A stretch of DNA of 24,000 bases from NCBI GenBank assembly GCA_937988865.1, contig CALKHV010000032.1, positions 2,201 to 26,200 on the forward strand. Direction: 5' to 3'. Every line of letters begins with the position of its first letter. The stretch's first letter is position 1. Below are positions 16,418-24,000 of the stretch, piece after piece. The translations under genes and the position numbers were made by a program. The notes under the pieces are model-generated. The model made no database searches. It was not told the DNA's origin and worked only from the letters and a program-made list of their open reading frames with translations. This DNA is from an uncultured Propionibacteriaceae bacterium. Its GTDB lineage: Bacteria > Actinomycetota > Actinomycetes > Propionibacteriales > Propionibacteriaceae.

Positions 16418-16423
16418 AGGGTA
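16418..16423 (-). promoter_or_regulatory. Candidate -10 hexamer TACCCT 8 nt upstream of the NRDE ATG
   Basis: The complement of 16418-16423 reads TACCCT (TANNNT). No SD lies before ATG 16409. Confidence 0.25.
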
Positions 16424-16456
16424 CTCACCCACGTCCACGATGGGACAATCGCACCC

Positions 16457-17665
16457 ATGGTCATCGTCGTTGGGGTCACGGGCGGTATCGCCGCCTACAA
16501 GGTCGTCCACCTCGTGCGGTTGTTCATCGGGGATGGGCACGAGGTGCACGTGGTCCCGACCGAGGACGCCCTGCGCTTTGTGGGACGCCCCACTTGGGAG
16601 GCGATCTCGAGGAACCCGGTCACGACGTCGGTGCACGACGACGTTCCCCAGGTTCGGCACGTGGCGCTCGGGCAACGGGCCAACCTCGTCGTCGTGGCGC
16701 CCGCGACGGCCAACACCATCGCGACCATGGCCGCCGGCCTGGCCGATGACCTGCTCGGGACGACGCTCCTCGCCACCAGCGCTCCCGTGTTGATCGCACC
16801 TGCGATGCACACCGAGATGTGGAATCACCCCGCGACCAGGGCGAACGTGGCGACCCTGCGGTCGCGCGGAGTCCATGTGGTCGGGCCGGACGACGGCCCA
16901 CTCACCGGCGGCGACTCGGGCCCGGGACGCATGAGTGAGCCGGAGGTGATCCACGAAGCTGCGCTCGCGCTGCTCACCACGCGAGCCGATCTGGCCGGCC
17001 TCACCGTGGCCGTGTCGGCGGGCGGCACGCGTGAGCCCATTGATCCCGTCCGCTACCTCGGGAACCGCTCAAGCGGACGGCAGGGGGTCGCGCTCGCCGT
17101 CGCGGCCGCCGAGCGGGGTGCCCACGTGCTGCTGGCCGCGGCCAACATCGACGGCGACATCCTGCGCGACGCCCAACGGCCCGGGGTTCACATCACGAAG
17201 GTGGGCTCCGCCGCGGACCTCTCGACGGTGATGCGGCGAGCCGCGGACATCGCGGACATCATCATCATGGCCGCGGCGGTCGCGGACTACCGCGTGGCTG
17301 AGATCTCGGACGGCAAGCTGACCAAGGAGTCCGGCGCGCCGCCGACCCTCACCCTCGTCGAGAACGAGGACATCGTCGCCGGTCTGGCGTCCCGTCGGCG
17401 TCCCGGCCAGACCATCGTCGCCTTCGCGGCCGAGACCGCTCGCGGTGACGAACTCCTCGAGCGTGGTCGTCGCAAGCGGAGCCGCAAGGGCGTCGACCTG
17501 CTCGCCGTGAACGAGGTCGGCTGGGAGAAAGGCTTCGAGGCGCCGGACAACCGATTGACCATCCTCGGCTCGGCCGACGAGATCGTCGCGGAAACCGCCG
17601 GGTCGAAGCGTCACGTCGCGGACGCGCTGCTGGACGCCGTGCTCGACACGCGCCGTTTGCCCTGA
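16457..17665 (+). CDS. coaBC: Bifunctional phosphopantothenoylcysteine decarboxylase / phosphopantothenate--cysteine ligase
   Basis: 402 aa. N-terminal flavoprotein domain (VGVTGGIAAYK, APATANTIA, PAMHTEMW, GDSGPGRM). C-terminal CoaB domain (SAGGTREPIDPVRYLGNRSSGRQG, MAAAVADYR, FAAET). Confidence 0.93.
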   Translation: MVIVVGVTGGIAAYKVVHLVRLFIGDGHEVHVVPTEDALRFVGRPTWEAISRNPVTTSVHDDVPQVRHVALGQRANLVVVAPATANTIATMAAGLADDLLGTTLLATSAPVLIAPAMHTEMWNHPATRANVATLRSRGVHVVGPDDGPLTGGDSGPGRMSEPEVIHEAALALLTTRADLAGLTVAVSAGGTREPIDPVRYLGNRSSGRQGVALAVAAAERGAHVLLAAANIDGDILRDAQRPGVHITKVGSAADLSTVMRRAADIADIIIMAAAVADYRVAEISDGKLTKESGAPPTLTLVENEDIVAGLASRRRPGQTIVAFAAETARGDELLERGRRKRSRKGVDLLAVNEVGWEKGFEAPDNRLTILGSADEIVAETAGSKRHVADALLDAVLDTRRLP

Positions 17666-17720
17666 AAGGAGCGCCTCGAGGCCCGGGTGCAGGGGGCGCC
17701 CGCGGCGTACGCTTGAGTCA

Positions 17721-18044
17721 TTGAAGTCCGGCCTCCTCGAGGAGGACGACCGCATCGAGTACGTGGAGACGGTCCCGGATCGTCGTATCGAGATCGCGAT
17801 GCAGCCGACCATGTCACTGGGCGAGACCAAGAGGGTCCACCGCGACACGGCCAGGTACACCCTGACCCACGAATTCGAGCCGGAGGCCAGCGGCACCAGG
17901 ATGACGTTGCGGGTGCAGGTGCATGACGTGCATGTCTCCGAACGCCTGATCGACCGTTTGGAGGGCAAGAGTGCCGAACGGTTGGTGCACCACCGCCTGC
18001 AACGGATCGCGAAGGCTGTCGAATCCTCGGCGTCCGACGCGTGA
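17721..18044 (+). CDS. Small hypothetical protein; possible N-terminally truncated SRPBCC-like fragment
   Basis: 107 codons from a TTG start with no SD. GC-rich third positions support coding. The pattern RIEYVETVPDRRIEIAM...TLTHEFEPEASGTRMTLRV resembles the middle and C-terminal parts of SRPBCC (polyketide cyclase/dehydrase-like) proteins, but about 40-50 N-terminal residues seem to be missing. Confidence 0.35.
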   Translation: MKSGLLEEDDRIEYVETVPDRRIEIAMQPTMSLGETKRVHRDTARYTLTHEFEPEASGTRMTLRVQVHDVHVSERLIDRLEGKSAERLVHHRLQRIAKAVESSASDA

Positions 18045-18061
18045 CCGGGACGAAGCAGCGC

Positions 18062-19798
18062 TCAGTCGACGTCGTTGCCTGCCACACGGTGGAATTCGGC
18101 CCGTCGTCGCGCCTGCTCGACCGGGTCGGGCACCGGAAGGGACGCGACGAGCTTGCGCGTGTAGTCGTGCTTCGGGTTCGAGAGCACTTCCGTCCCGGTC
18201 GCGACCTCCAGTAGCTCACCCTGGTAGAGGACGCCAATGCGGTGGGCCAGCATGTCGACCACAGCGAGGTCGTGACTGATGAACAGGCACGAGAATCCGA
18301 GGCGCTGCTGCAACTCCTTGAACAACTCGAGAACGGTGGCCTGCACCGACACGTCGAGAGCGCTCGTCGGCTCGTCCGCGACCAGCAGCTTGGGGTCGAG
18401 CACGAGCGCTCGCGCCAGGCTCACGCGCTGACGTTGCCCTCCGGAGAGCTCGTGGGGGAAGCGTCGGGCATAGGCCGCGGGCAGTTCGACGGCCTCCAGC
18501 ATCGCGGACACCTTCGCCCTGCGATCGGCGCTCGACAGGTTGCGGGCATGGATCTCGAGGGGCTCCTGGATGCACTCGCCGATCGTGAGCTGGGGATTGA
18601 AGCTCGTGGCCGGATCCTGGAAGACAAAGCCGATCTGCTTCCGGACGGGCTTGAAGTCACGTTCCCGGATGCCGCGCATCTCGTGACCCAGCACCTTGAG
18701 CGAACCTCCGGTGGTCGGCTCGAGGCCGGCGATCGCGCGTCCGATCGTGGTCTTGCCCGAACCCGACTCCCCCACCAGGCCGAACACCTCCCCAGCGTGG
18801 ATCGTGAAGTCGACGCCTCTGACCGCCGTGAACGCCGGCAGGCCGAGGCGTCCGGGATAGGTGATCTCAAGACCCGTGGCGACCACCACCGGCTCGCCGG
18901 CGAGGAGCTCGGCGTGCTGGGCCTCGGTCAACTTCGCGGACGCGGAGTTGCGCCCCACGTGGGGCACCGCAGCCAGTAGCGCCTTGGTGTACTCGTGCTG
19001 GGGACGCGCGAACAGTTCGGTGGCCCAGTTCCGCTCGACGATGCGTCCCTGGTACATGACGGCCACCGAGTCGGCGAGGTCGGCGACGACCCCCATGTTG
19101 TGCGTGATGAGCACGATGGACGTCCCGAACTGGTCACGGACGTCACGCATCAGCTGGAGGATTTCGGCCTGGACCGTCACGTCGAGCGCTGTGGTCGGTT
19201 CGTCCGCGACGATCAGCTCGGCGCCCATGGCCAGCGCCATGGCGATCATGATGCGCTGCTTCTGACCGCCCGAGAACTCGTGCGGGTAACGGTCGATGCG
19301 GTGCTCGGGGTCGGGCATGCCGACCTTCCGAAGGCTCTCCACCGCGCGCTCACGCAACTCGGCCTTCGACAGCTTCGGGTTGTGCGCGCGCAGGCCCTCG
19401 GCCATCTGCCACCAGATGGGGTAGACCGGATTCAGTGCGCTCGAGGGCTCCTGGAAGACCATCGACACGTCGCGTCCACGAATGGCCCGCATCTTCGCAC
19501 CCGACAGACCGACCACGTTCGTGCCCGAGACCAGGACGACGCCCTTGGCTGTGGCGGTCTCAGGCAGCAGGCCGAGGATGCTGCGAGCGGTCACCGTCTT
19601 GCCCGAGCCAGACTCACCCACGATCGCAAGGACCTCGCCAGGGTCGACGTAGAGACTGACCCCGTTGACGGCGGCCACGTCTCCGTGGTCGGTGGCGAAG
19701 GCCACGTCCAGATCGTCGATCTCGAGACGAGGCACACCTGAATAGTCGCGCAGGTGGGCCGGCGCCAGTTCGCGTCCGGGGACTGCGATGTCGCTCAT
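18062..19798 (-). CDS. ABC transporter ATP-binding protein, fused double ATPase (DppD/DppF-like)
   Basis: The start MSDIAVPG (ATG 19798) overlaps the permease stop (ATGA, 19795-19798). Two Walker A motifs (GESGSGKT twice) and two signature motifs (FSGGQKQR, LSGGQRQR). The 887-aa ORF-track version is an unsupported upstream extension through the permease gene. Confidence 0.92.
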   Translation of the reverse strand: MSDIAVPGRELAPAHLRDYSGVPRLEIDDLDVAFATDHGDVAAVNGVSLYVDPGEVLAIVGESGSGKTVTARSILGLLPETATAKGVVLVSGTNVVGLSGAKMRAIRGRDVSMVFQEPSSALNPVYPIWWQMAEGLRAHNPKLSKAELRERAVESLRKVGMPDPEHRIDRYPHEFSGGQKQRIMIAMALAMGAELIVADEPTTALDVTVQAEILQLMRDVRDQFGTSIVLITHNMGVVADLADSVAVMYQGRIVERNWATELFARPQHEYTKALLAAVPHVGRNSASAKLTEAQHAELLAGEPVVVATGLEITYPGRLGLPAFTAVRGVDFTIHAGEVFGLVGESGSGKTTIGRAIAGLEPTTGGSLKVLGHEMRGIRERDFKPVRKQIGFVFQDPATSFNPQLTIGECIQEPLEIHARNLSSADRRAKVSAMLEAVELPAAYARRFPHELSGGQRQRVSLARALVLDPKLLVADEPTSALDVSVQATVLELFKELQQRLGFSCLFISHDLAVVDMLAHRIGVLYQGELLEVATGTEVLSNPKHDYTRKLVASLPVPDPVEQARRRAEFHRVAGNDVD

Positions 19799-20769
19799 GC
19801 CGAGACCTCCTTCTTGCGTCGTCCGGTGGCCCTGCGCGTGCGCAGTCTCGGGTCGTTCAAGTCGTTCATCGACTCGCCCACCAGGGTGATCCCGAGGACG
19901 CTGAGCACGATGGCGAGGCCCGGGAACACGGCCGTCCACCACATGCCCGAGGTGACGTCGGCCATCGAGCGGTTCAGGTCGTAGCCCCACTCGGCGGCGC
20001 TGGTCGGCTCGATGCCGAAGCCGATGAAGCCCAGCCCGGCGAGGGTCAGGATCGCCTCGGACGCGTTGAGCGTGAAGATCAACGGCAGCGTCCGGGTGGC
20101 GTTGCGGAAGATGTGCCGGAACATGATGCGCCAGTGGGGTGCACCGACGACCTTGGCGGCCTCGACGAACGGTTCGGCCTTGAGCCGGATCGTCTCGGCG
20201 CGGATGACGCGGAAGTACTGCGGGATGAACACCACCGTGATGCTGATGGCGGCCGACAGGATGCCGCCCCAGGCACTCGACTGCCCCCCTGAGATGACGA
20301 TCGACATGACGATGGCCAGCAGGAGCGACGGGAAGGCGTAGATGGCGTCGGCGAGCATGACGAGGATGCGGTCGAGCCAGCCCCCGATGTAGCCCGACAC
20401 GAGACCGAGCAGGACGCCGAGGAACAGGGACGCGATGACGGCCGCGATGATGACCGCCACGGCGGTGCGCGTCCCCCAGATGACGCGGGACAGGACGTCG
20501 AAGCCGCTGACGGTCGTACCGAGCAGGTTCCTGGACGACGGGGCCTGCTGGGTCCCGAACGATCCCGCGGCGTCGGCGGTCTGGGCCCACGAGAAGGGGG
20601 CCAGCAACGGGGCGAAGATGGCTGTCACGAGCAGGATTCCGCTGAGCACAAGTCCGGTGATGAGCATGCCTCGCTGGAGGCCGACGGAGCGGCGGACGTC
20701 CGCGACGACCGGCAGTCGCTGCCACCAGGTCTCATCGGGGGTGTGAACGATGACGGGAATGTCGGTCAT
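19795..20769 (-). CDS. ABC transporter permease (DppC/OppC-like)
   Basis: 324 aa, multi-TM. N-terminal DppC-type region followed by a BPD-transporter core. Its start lies 1 nt after the upstream permease stop. Confidence 0.9.
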   Translation of the reverse strand: MTDIPVIVHTPDETWWQRLPVVADVRRSVGLQRGMLITGLVLSGILLVTAIFAPLLAPFSWAQTADAAGSFGTQQAPSSRNLLGTTVSGFDVLSRVIWGTRTAVAVIIAAVIASLFLGVLLGLVSGYIGGWLDRILVMLADAIYAFPSLLLAIVMSIVISGGQSSAWGGILSAAISITVVFIPQYFRVIRAETIRLKAEPFVEAAKVVGAPHWRIMFRHIFRNATRTLPLIFTLNASEAILTLAGLGFIGFGIEPTSAAEWGYDLNRSMADVTSGMWWTAVFPGLAIVLSVLGITLVGESMNDLNDPRLRTRRATGRRKKEVSA

Positions 20770-20770
20770 G

Positions 20771-21877
20771 TCAGTACCTCACTCGCGGGTCGATGAGGGC
20801 GGCCACCACGTCGACGACGAAGTTGCTGACCGCGACGATCACGGCGAGCATCATCACGATGCCCTGCACGGCAACGTAGTCACGACTCGACATGTACTGG
20901 GCGAGCATGAACCCGAGCCCCTTCCACTCGAAGGTGGTCTCGGTGAGCACGGCCCCGCCGAGCATCATCGCGATCTGCATGCCCATGACAGTGATCACCG
21001 GGATCAGGGCCGGACGCAGCGCGTGCTTGCGCACCAACCTCGTCTCGGCCACGCCTCGACTGCGCGCCGACTCGATGTACTGCTGCTCGAGCGTCCCGAT
21101 GAGGTTCGTGCGGACGAGGCGCAGGAAGATACCGCCCGTCAGCAGGCCGAGCGCGACGGCGGGGAGCACGGCGTGCGACACGACGTCGAGGATCAGCTCG
21201 ACATCACCCAGACGGATCGCGTCGAGCAGGTAGAAAGGTGACGGGTTCGCGATGGTGCCCATCTTCACCTCGCCCGCGGTTGAGATCCGGCCGGCGACCG
21301 GGAGCCAGCCCAGAGTGACCGAGAAGATGAGCTTGAGAAGGAGGCCGATGAAGAAGACGGGCGTGGCGTACCCGAGGATGGCGAGGACCCGCAACACGGC
21401 GTCCTGCCACTTGTCGCGACGATAGGCCGCGAGCATCCCCAGGGGGATGCCCAGGCTCAGCGCGACGAGGATGGCGTAGCCGACGAGTTCGGCGGTGGCC
21501 GATCCGTAAGTGGTCAGGACGGTCAGCACGGGGCGGTTGTCGCTGAAGGTGGTGCCGAAGTCACCGGTGAGGACGTTGCCCAGGTACTCCAGGTACTGCA
21601 CGATGATCGGACGGTCGTAGCCCGCCTCGTGGACGCGTTGGGCGAGTTGGTCGGGTGTGAGGCGTCCGCCCAGGGCGGCGGTGATCGGATCACCGGTGAT
21701 GCGCATGAGAAAGAAGACGACGGTCATCAGGATGAGGATCGTCGGAAAGATCAGCAGGAACCGCGTGAGGAGGTAGCGTCCGAGACCGCCCTTGCGCCGT
21801 CTCGACTGCACCTCGACCGGGACGCTCGGCTGTGCGTCCCTGGTCACGACCTGCGTGGCTTCGCCGACGTCGTTCAT
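20771..21877 (-). CDS. ABC transporter permease (DppB/OppB-like)
   Basis: ATG at 21877 (MNDVGEATQ...) is preceded by GAGAAGG. GRYLLTRFLLIFPTILILMTVVFFLMR is a typical DppB N-terminus. The ORF-track start at 22033 would run into the upstream SBP gene. Confidence 0.9.
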   Translation of the reverse strand: MNDVGEATQVVTRDAQPSVPVEVQSRRRKGGLGRYLLTRFLLIFPTILILMTVVFFLMRITGDPITAALGGRLTPDQLAQRVHEAGYDRPIIVQYLEYLGNVLTGDFGTTFSDNRPVLTVLTTYGSATAELVGYAILVALSLGIPLGMLAAYRRDKWQDAVLRVLAILGYATPVFFIGLLLKLIFSVTLGWLPVAGRISTAGEVKMGTIANPSPFYLLDAIRLGDVELILDVVSHAVLPAVALGLLTGGIFLRLVRTNLIGTLEQQYIESARSRGVAETRLVRKHALRPALIPVITVMGMQIAMMLGGAVLTETTFEWKGLGFMLAQYMSSRDYVAVQGIVMMLAVIVAVSNFVVDVVAALIDPRVRY

Positions 21878-21907
21878 CTGACCTTCTCGCCTGGATGTTC
21901 GTGAATC

Positions 21908-21942
21908 GCAGGACCGGCCGTCTGGATCGACGGCCGGCCTGC
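21908..21942 (-). terminator. Intercistronic GC-rich stem-loop between the binding-protein gene and the permease genes (partial terminator / mRNA stabiliser candidate)
   Basis: GCAGG(A)CCGGCCGTC - tggatc - GACGGCCGGCCTGC: 14 bp of pairing with one bulged A and a 6-nt loop. It sits 33 nt after the SBP stop. No U-tract follows on the minus strand. Confidence 0.45.
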
Positions 21943-21974
21943 GACGGGTGATTCGACTACGTGAGGATCGTGCG

Positions 21975-23591
21975 CTACTTGCTGATCGTGCCCAGTCGCA
22001 CCTTGAACGACGCGTCGAGTGTCTCGGAGACACCCTTCACGTCCTTGCCCGCCACGGCGAGCTGCTTGCCCTGCTGCATCGGCAGCGTCGGGAGCTCGTC
22101 CGCGACGATGTCCTGGATCTTGGTCAGGATCTCGAGACGCTTGGCCGCGTCACCCTCGGTGGCTTCGGCCGAGATCAGGGATTGAACCTCTGCGTTGTCG
22201 TAGTGGTTCACAAGGAAGTTGTCCTTGGTGAAGAACGGCGCAAGGTAGTTGTCAGGGTCGGAGTAGTCGGGGAACCAACCCAGCTGGTAGATGCCATAGG
22301 CATCTGCGGAACGCTGCTTGGAGTACTGCACCCACTCGGTCGACTGCAGGTCGACGGTGAAGAGTCCGCCATTCTCGATCTGGGTCTTGAGAGCGGCATA
22401 CTCATCGCCCGAGGAGGGACCGTAGTGGTCGGGGTTGTACTGCAGCTTCAGCGTGACCGGGGTGGTGACCCCGGCGGCCTCAAGGACAGCCTTCGCCTTG
22501 TCGAGGCTGGGCTTGCCGTTGCCGTCGCCGTAGAGGGTCTTGAGCTGGGTGCCGGCCGACACCTGGCCGTCGGGAACGACGCTGTACAGCGGGCTGTAGG
22601 TGCTCTTGAACACCGAGGTCGAGATGGCGTCACGGTCGATCAGATTGGCGATCGCCTGGCGGACAGCCTTGGCCTTGGCCGCGTCCTTCTCGGCCGTCTT
22701 GGCGCCGAAGGGCATGACGTCCATGTTGAACACGAGGTAGCGGATCTCCCCACCGGGGCCTTCGTGAACCGTGACCTTGTCGTTCTTGGCGAGCGACTCG
22801 ATGTCGGTCGCCGACAAGCTGCGGAGCGCGACGTCGATGTTGCCCTGTTCGACGTCCAGCTTCATGTTGTTGGCGTCGGCGTAGTACTTCACGTTGACGC
22901 CCGCAGTGGCGGGCTTGCCGAGCAGGCCCTGGTAGCCGTCGAAGGCCTTGTAGCTCACGAGCGTGTTCAGGGAGTAGCTCGTGATGTCGTACGGCCCCGC
23001 GAAGGGGTGCGCCGCAACGATCGCGTCATCGGCCATCTTCGCGTCCGCCGGAAAGGTCTCTTCGTCCACGATCGGGCCGGCGGGGCTGGTGAGGATCTGG
23101 GGCCAGATCTGGTCGTTGGCGTTCTTCAGGGTGAACACGATGGTGGTCGCGTCCGGTGCAGCTGTCGAGACGAGGTTGTAGAGCAGGGACGCAGGACCGT
23201 TGGGGTCCTTGATCGCGACCATGCGGTCGAAGCTGAACTTGACGTCAGAGCTGGTCAGGTCGTGGCCGTTGACGAACTTGAGGCCGCTCTTCAGCTTGAC
23301 GGTGTACTCGGTGGGCGTCGTGAACGACGCGGACTCGGCGATGTCCGACTCGGGCGTGGTGTCGGCGGCGCCCGGCTTGCTGTTCAGCAGGAAGGGATAC
23401 ACCTGGTTCATCACGAAGAATGAGCCGTTGTCGTAGCTGCCGGCCGGGTCGATGGACGTGACCTTGTCGGTGGTTCCGACGGTCAGTCCGGCAGCGGCGT
23501 CGTTGGAGTCTTCCTTGGTCTGGGCGCAGCCGGCGACCAGGAGGAAGGCGGCACCGACCACGAGGGCTCGGCGCAGCGTGGGGTGGGTCAT
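21975..23591 (-). CDS. ABC transporter substrate-binding lipoprotein, family 5 (peptide/nickel type)
   Basis: ATG at 23591 is preceded by AAGAAGGA. Signal peptide with lipobox: MTHPTLRRALVVGAAFLLVAGC. The length and sequence (e.g. GWFPDYSDPDNYL) are typical of SBP_bac_5. TAG stop at 21975-21977. Confidence 0.92.
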   Translation of the reverse strand: MTHPTLRRALVVGAAFLLVAGCAQTKEDSNDAAAGLTVGTTDKVTSIDPAGSYDNGSFFVMNQVYPFLLNSKPGAADTTPESDIAESASFTTPTEYTVKLKSGLKFVNGHDLTSSDVKFSFDRMVAIKDPNGPASLLYNLVSTAAPDATTIVFTLKNANDQIWPQILTSPAGPIVDEETFPADAKMADDAIVAAHPFAGPYDITSYSLNTLVSYKAFDGYQGLLGKPATAGVNVKYYADANNMKLDVEQGNIDVALRSLSATDIESLAKNDKVTVHEGPGGEIRYLVFNMDVMPFGAKTAEKDAAKAKAVRQAIANLIDRDAISTSVFKSTYSPLYSVVPDGQVSAGTQLKTLYGDGNGKPSLDKAKAVLEAAGVTTPVTLKLQYNPDHYGPSSGDEYAALKTQIENGGLFTVDLQSTEWVQYSKQRSADAYGIYQLGWFPDYSDPDNYLAPFFTKDNFLVNHYDNAEVQSLISAEATEGDAAKRLEILTKIQDIVADELPTLPMQQGKQLAVAGKDVKGVSETLDASFKVRLGTISK

Positions 23592-23741
23592 GAATCCTTC
23601 TTTCACTCGGGACACGGGGGGCGGCGTCAACCGAGACGCCCGTGCCGGGCATGGTGCTGAGAGTTTTTCACCTGGCGCTGGTCGGCGACGCGGCGTCCAC
23701 GCCCTCGACCAAAACGTGATGAACCCGTAACCGGCGTGGCG

Positions 23742-24000
23742 TCAGCCCCGGGTCAGACGGCGGTGCTTGGAGGCGTGCGGACGTGCGGCCTCGACGCCCA
23801 GTCGGGCCACCTTGTTCTCCTCGTAGTCGGCGAAGTTCCCCTCGAACCAGTTCCACACCGACTCATCCGCGTCCGTGCCCTCCCACGCAAGGATGTGCGT
23901 GGCGACGCGGTCGAGGAACCACCGGTCGTGGGAGATGACGACCGCGCACCCCGGGAAGTCGAGCAGGGCGTCCTCCAGCGACTGCAGCGTCTCGACGTCG
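23742..24000 (-). CDS. ettA: Energy-dependent translational throttle ABC-F protein, C-terminal 85 codons; the 5' end lies beyond the window
   Basis: Minus-strand translation: DVETLQSLEDALLDFPGCAVVISHDRWFLDRVATHILAWEG...NWFEGNFADYEENKVARLG...SKHRRLTRG*. This matches the conserved EttA C-terminus. The stop is the complement of 23742-23744. This frame was not listed in the ORF track because no start codon lies inside the window. Confidence 0.88.
   Translation of the reverse strand, partial: DVETLQSLEDALLDFPGCAVVISHDRWFLDRVATHILAWEGTDADESVWNWFEGNFADYEENKVARLGVEAARPHASKHRRLTRG

Noticed and set aside
19799-20725. N-terminal 309-codon extension that makes the ABC ATPase an 887-aa ORF
   Set aside because: The extension runs in an alternative frame through the DppC-like permease gene and is Arg/Pro/His-rich. 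A canonical ATG with an ATGA stop-start overlap at 19795-19798 gives a normal 578-aa double ATPase.
21948-23423. 491-aa plus-strand ORF antisense to the substrate-binding protein gene
   Set aside because: Same GC-driven artefact. It has no recognisable motifs, while the minus-strand frame encodes a complete lipoprotein with an SD and a lipobox.
21975-23591. Visibly lower G+C of the binding-protein gene; considered as a sign of horizontal acquisition
   Set aside because: Third codon positions remain strongly G/C-biased. The lower overall GC is explained by the Lys/Asn/Tyr/Phe/Asp-rich composition typical of secreted binding proteins. The gene is embedded in a normal operon.
23592-23741. 150-bp region between ettA and the SBP gene, searched for a riboswitch, terminator or small ORF
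   Set aside because: I found only weak elements: a 6-bp stem GGCGTC-N6-GACGCC at 23623-23640; a 7-bp stem with a 30-nt loop near 23696-23739; and a TTGACG hexamer on the minus strand with no convincing -10 partner. None is strong enough to call.

Overview
Gene-dense, very GC-rich (Actinomycetota-like) chromosomal window. I can support 19 protein-coding genes. By eye I see no rRNA, tRNA, CRISPR array or IS element. Left to right: (1) the 3' part of gnd. (2) A minus-strand, translationally coupled operon: circularly permuted ATP-grasp -> alpha-E -> transglutaminase-fold protein (4319..965). (3) Across a ~100-bp palindrome-rich, locally AT-richer control region, a plus-strand operon encoding the same three domains again: a fused ATP-grasp+alpha-E protein -> a second transglutaminase-fold protein -> an orphan acidic 158-aa protein (about 4423..8324). 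(4) An acyl-CoA synthetase translationally coupled to a tandem hotdog thioesterase, divergent from marR plus a 934-aa YdiJ-like FAD/Fe-S oxidoreductase. (5) An AI-2E family transporter. (6) An NRDE/TANGO2-family protein divergent from coaBC. (7) A small SRPBCC-like fragment ORF. (8) A four-gene family-5 (peptide/nickel-type) ABC importer. (9) The 3' end of ettA. The best candidate for an uncharacterised system is the head-to-head pair of ATP-grasp/alpha-E/transglutaminase modules. The standalone ligase keeps its nucleotide/Mg-binding signatures, while the fused paralogue appears to have lost them. The second most interesting point is a bacterial TANGO2 homologue sharing a 47-bp divergent region with the CoA-biosynthesis gene coaBC. 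All family calls come from motif recognition by eye; no database search was possible.
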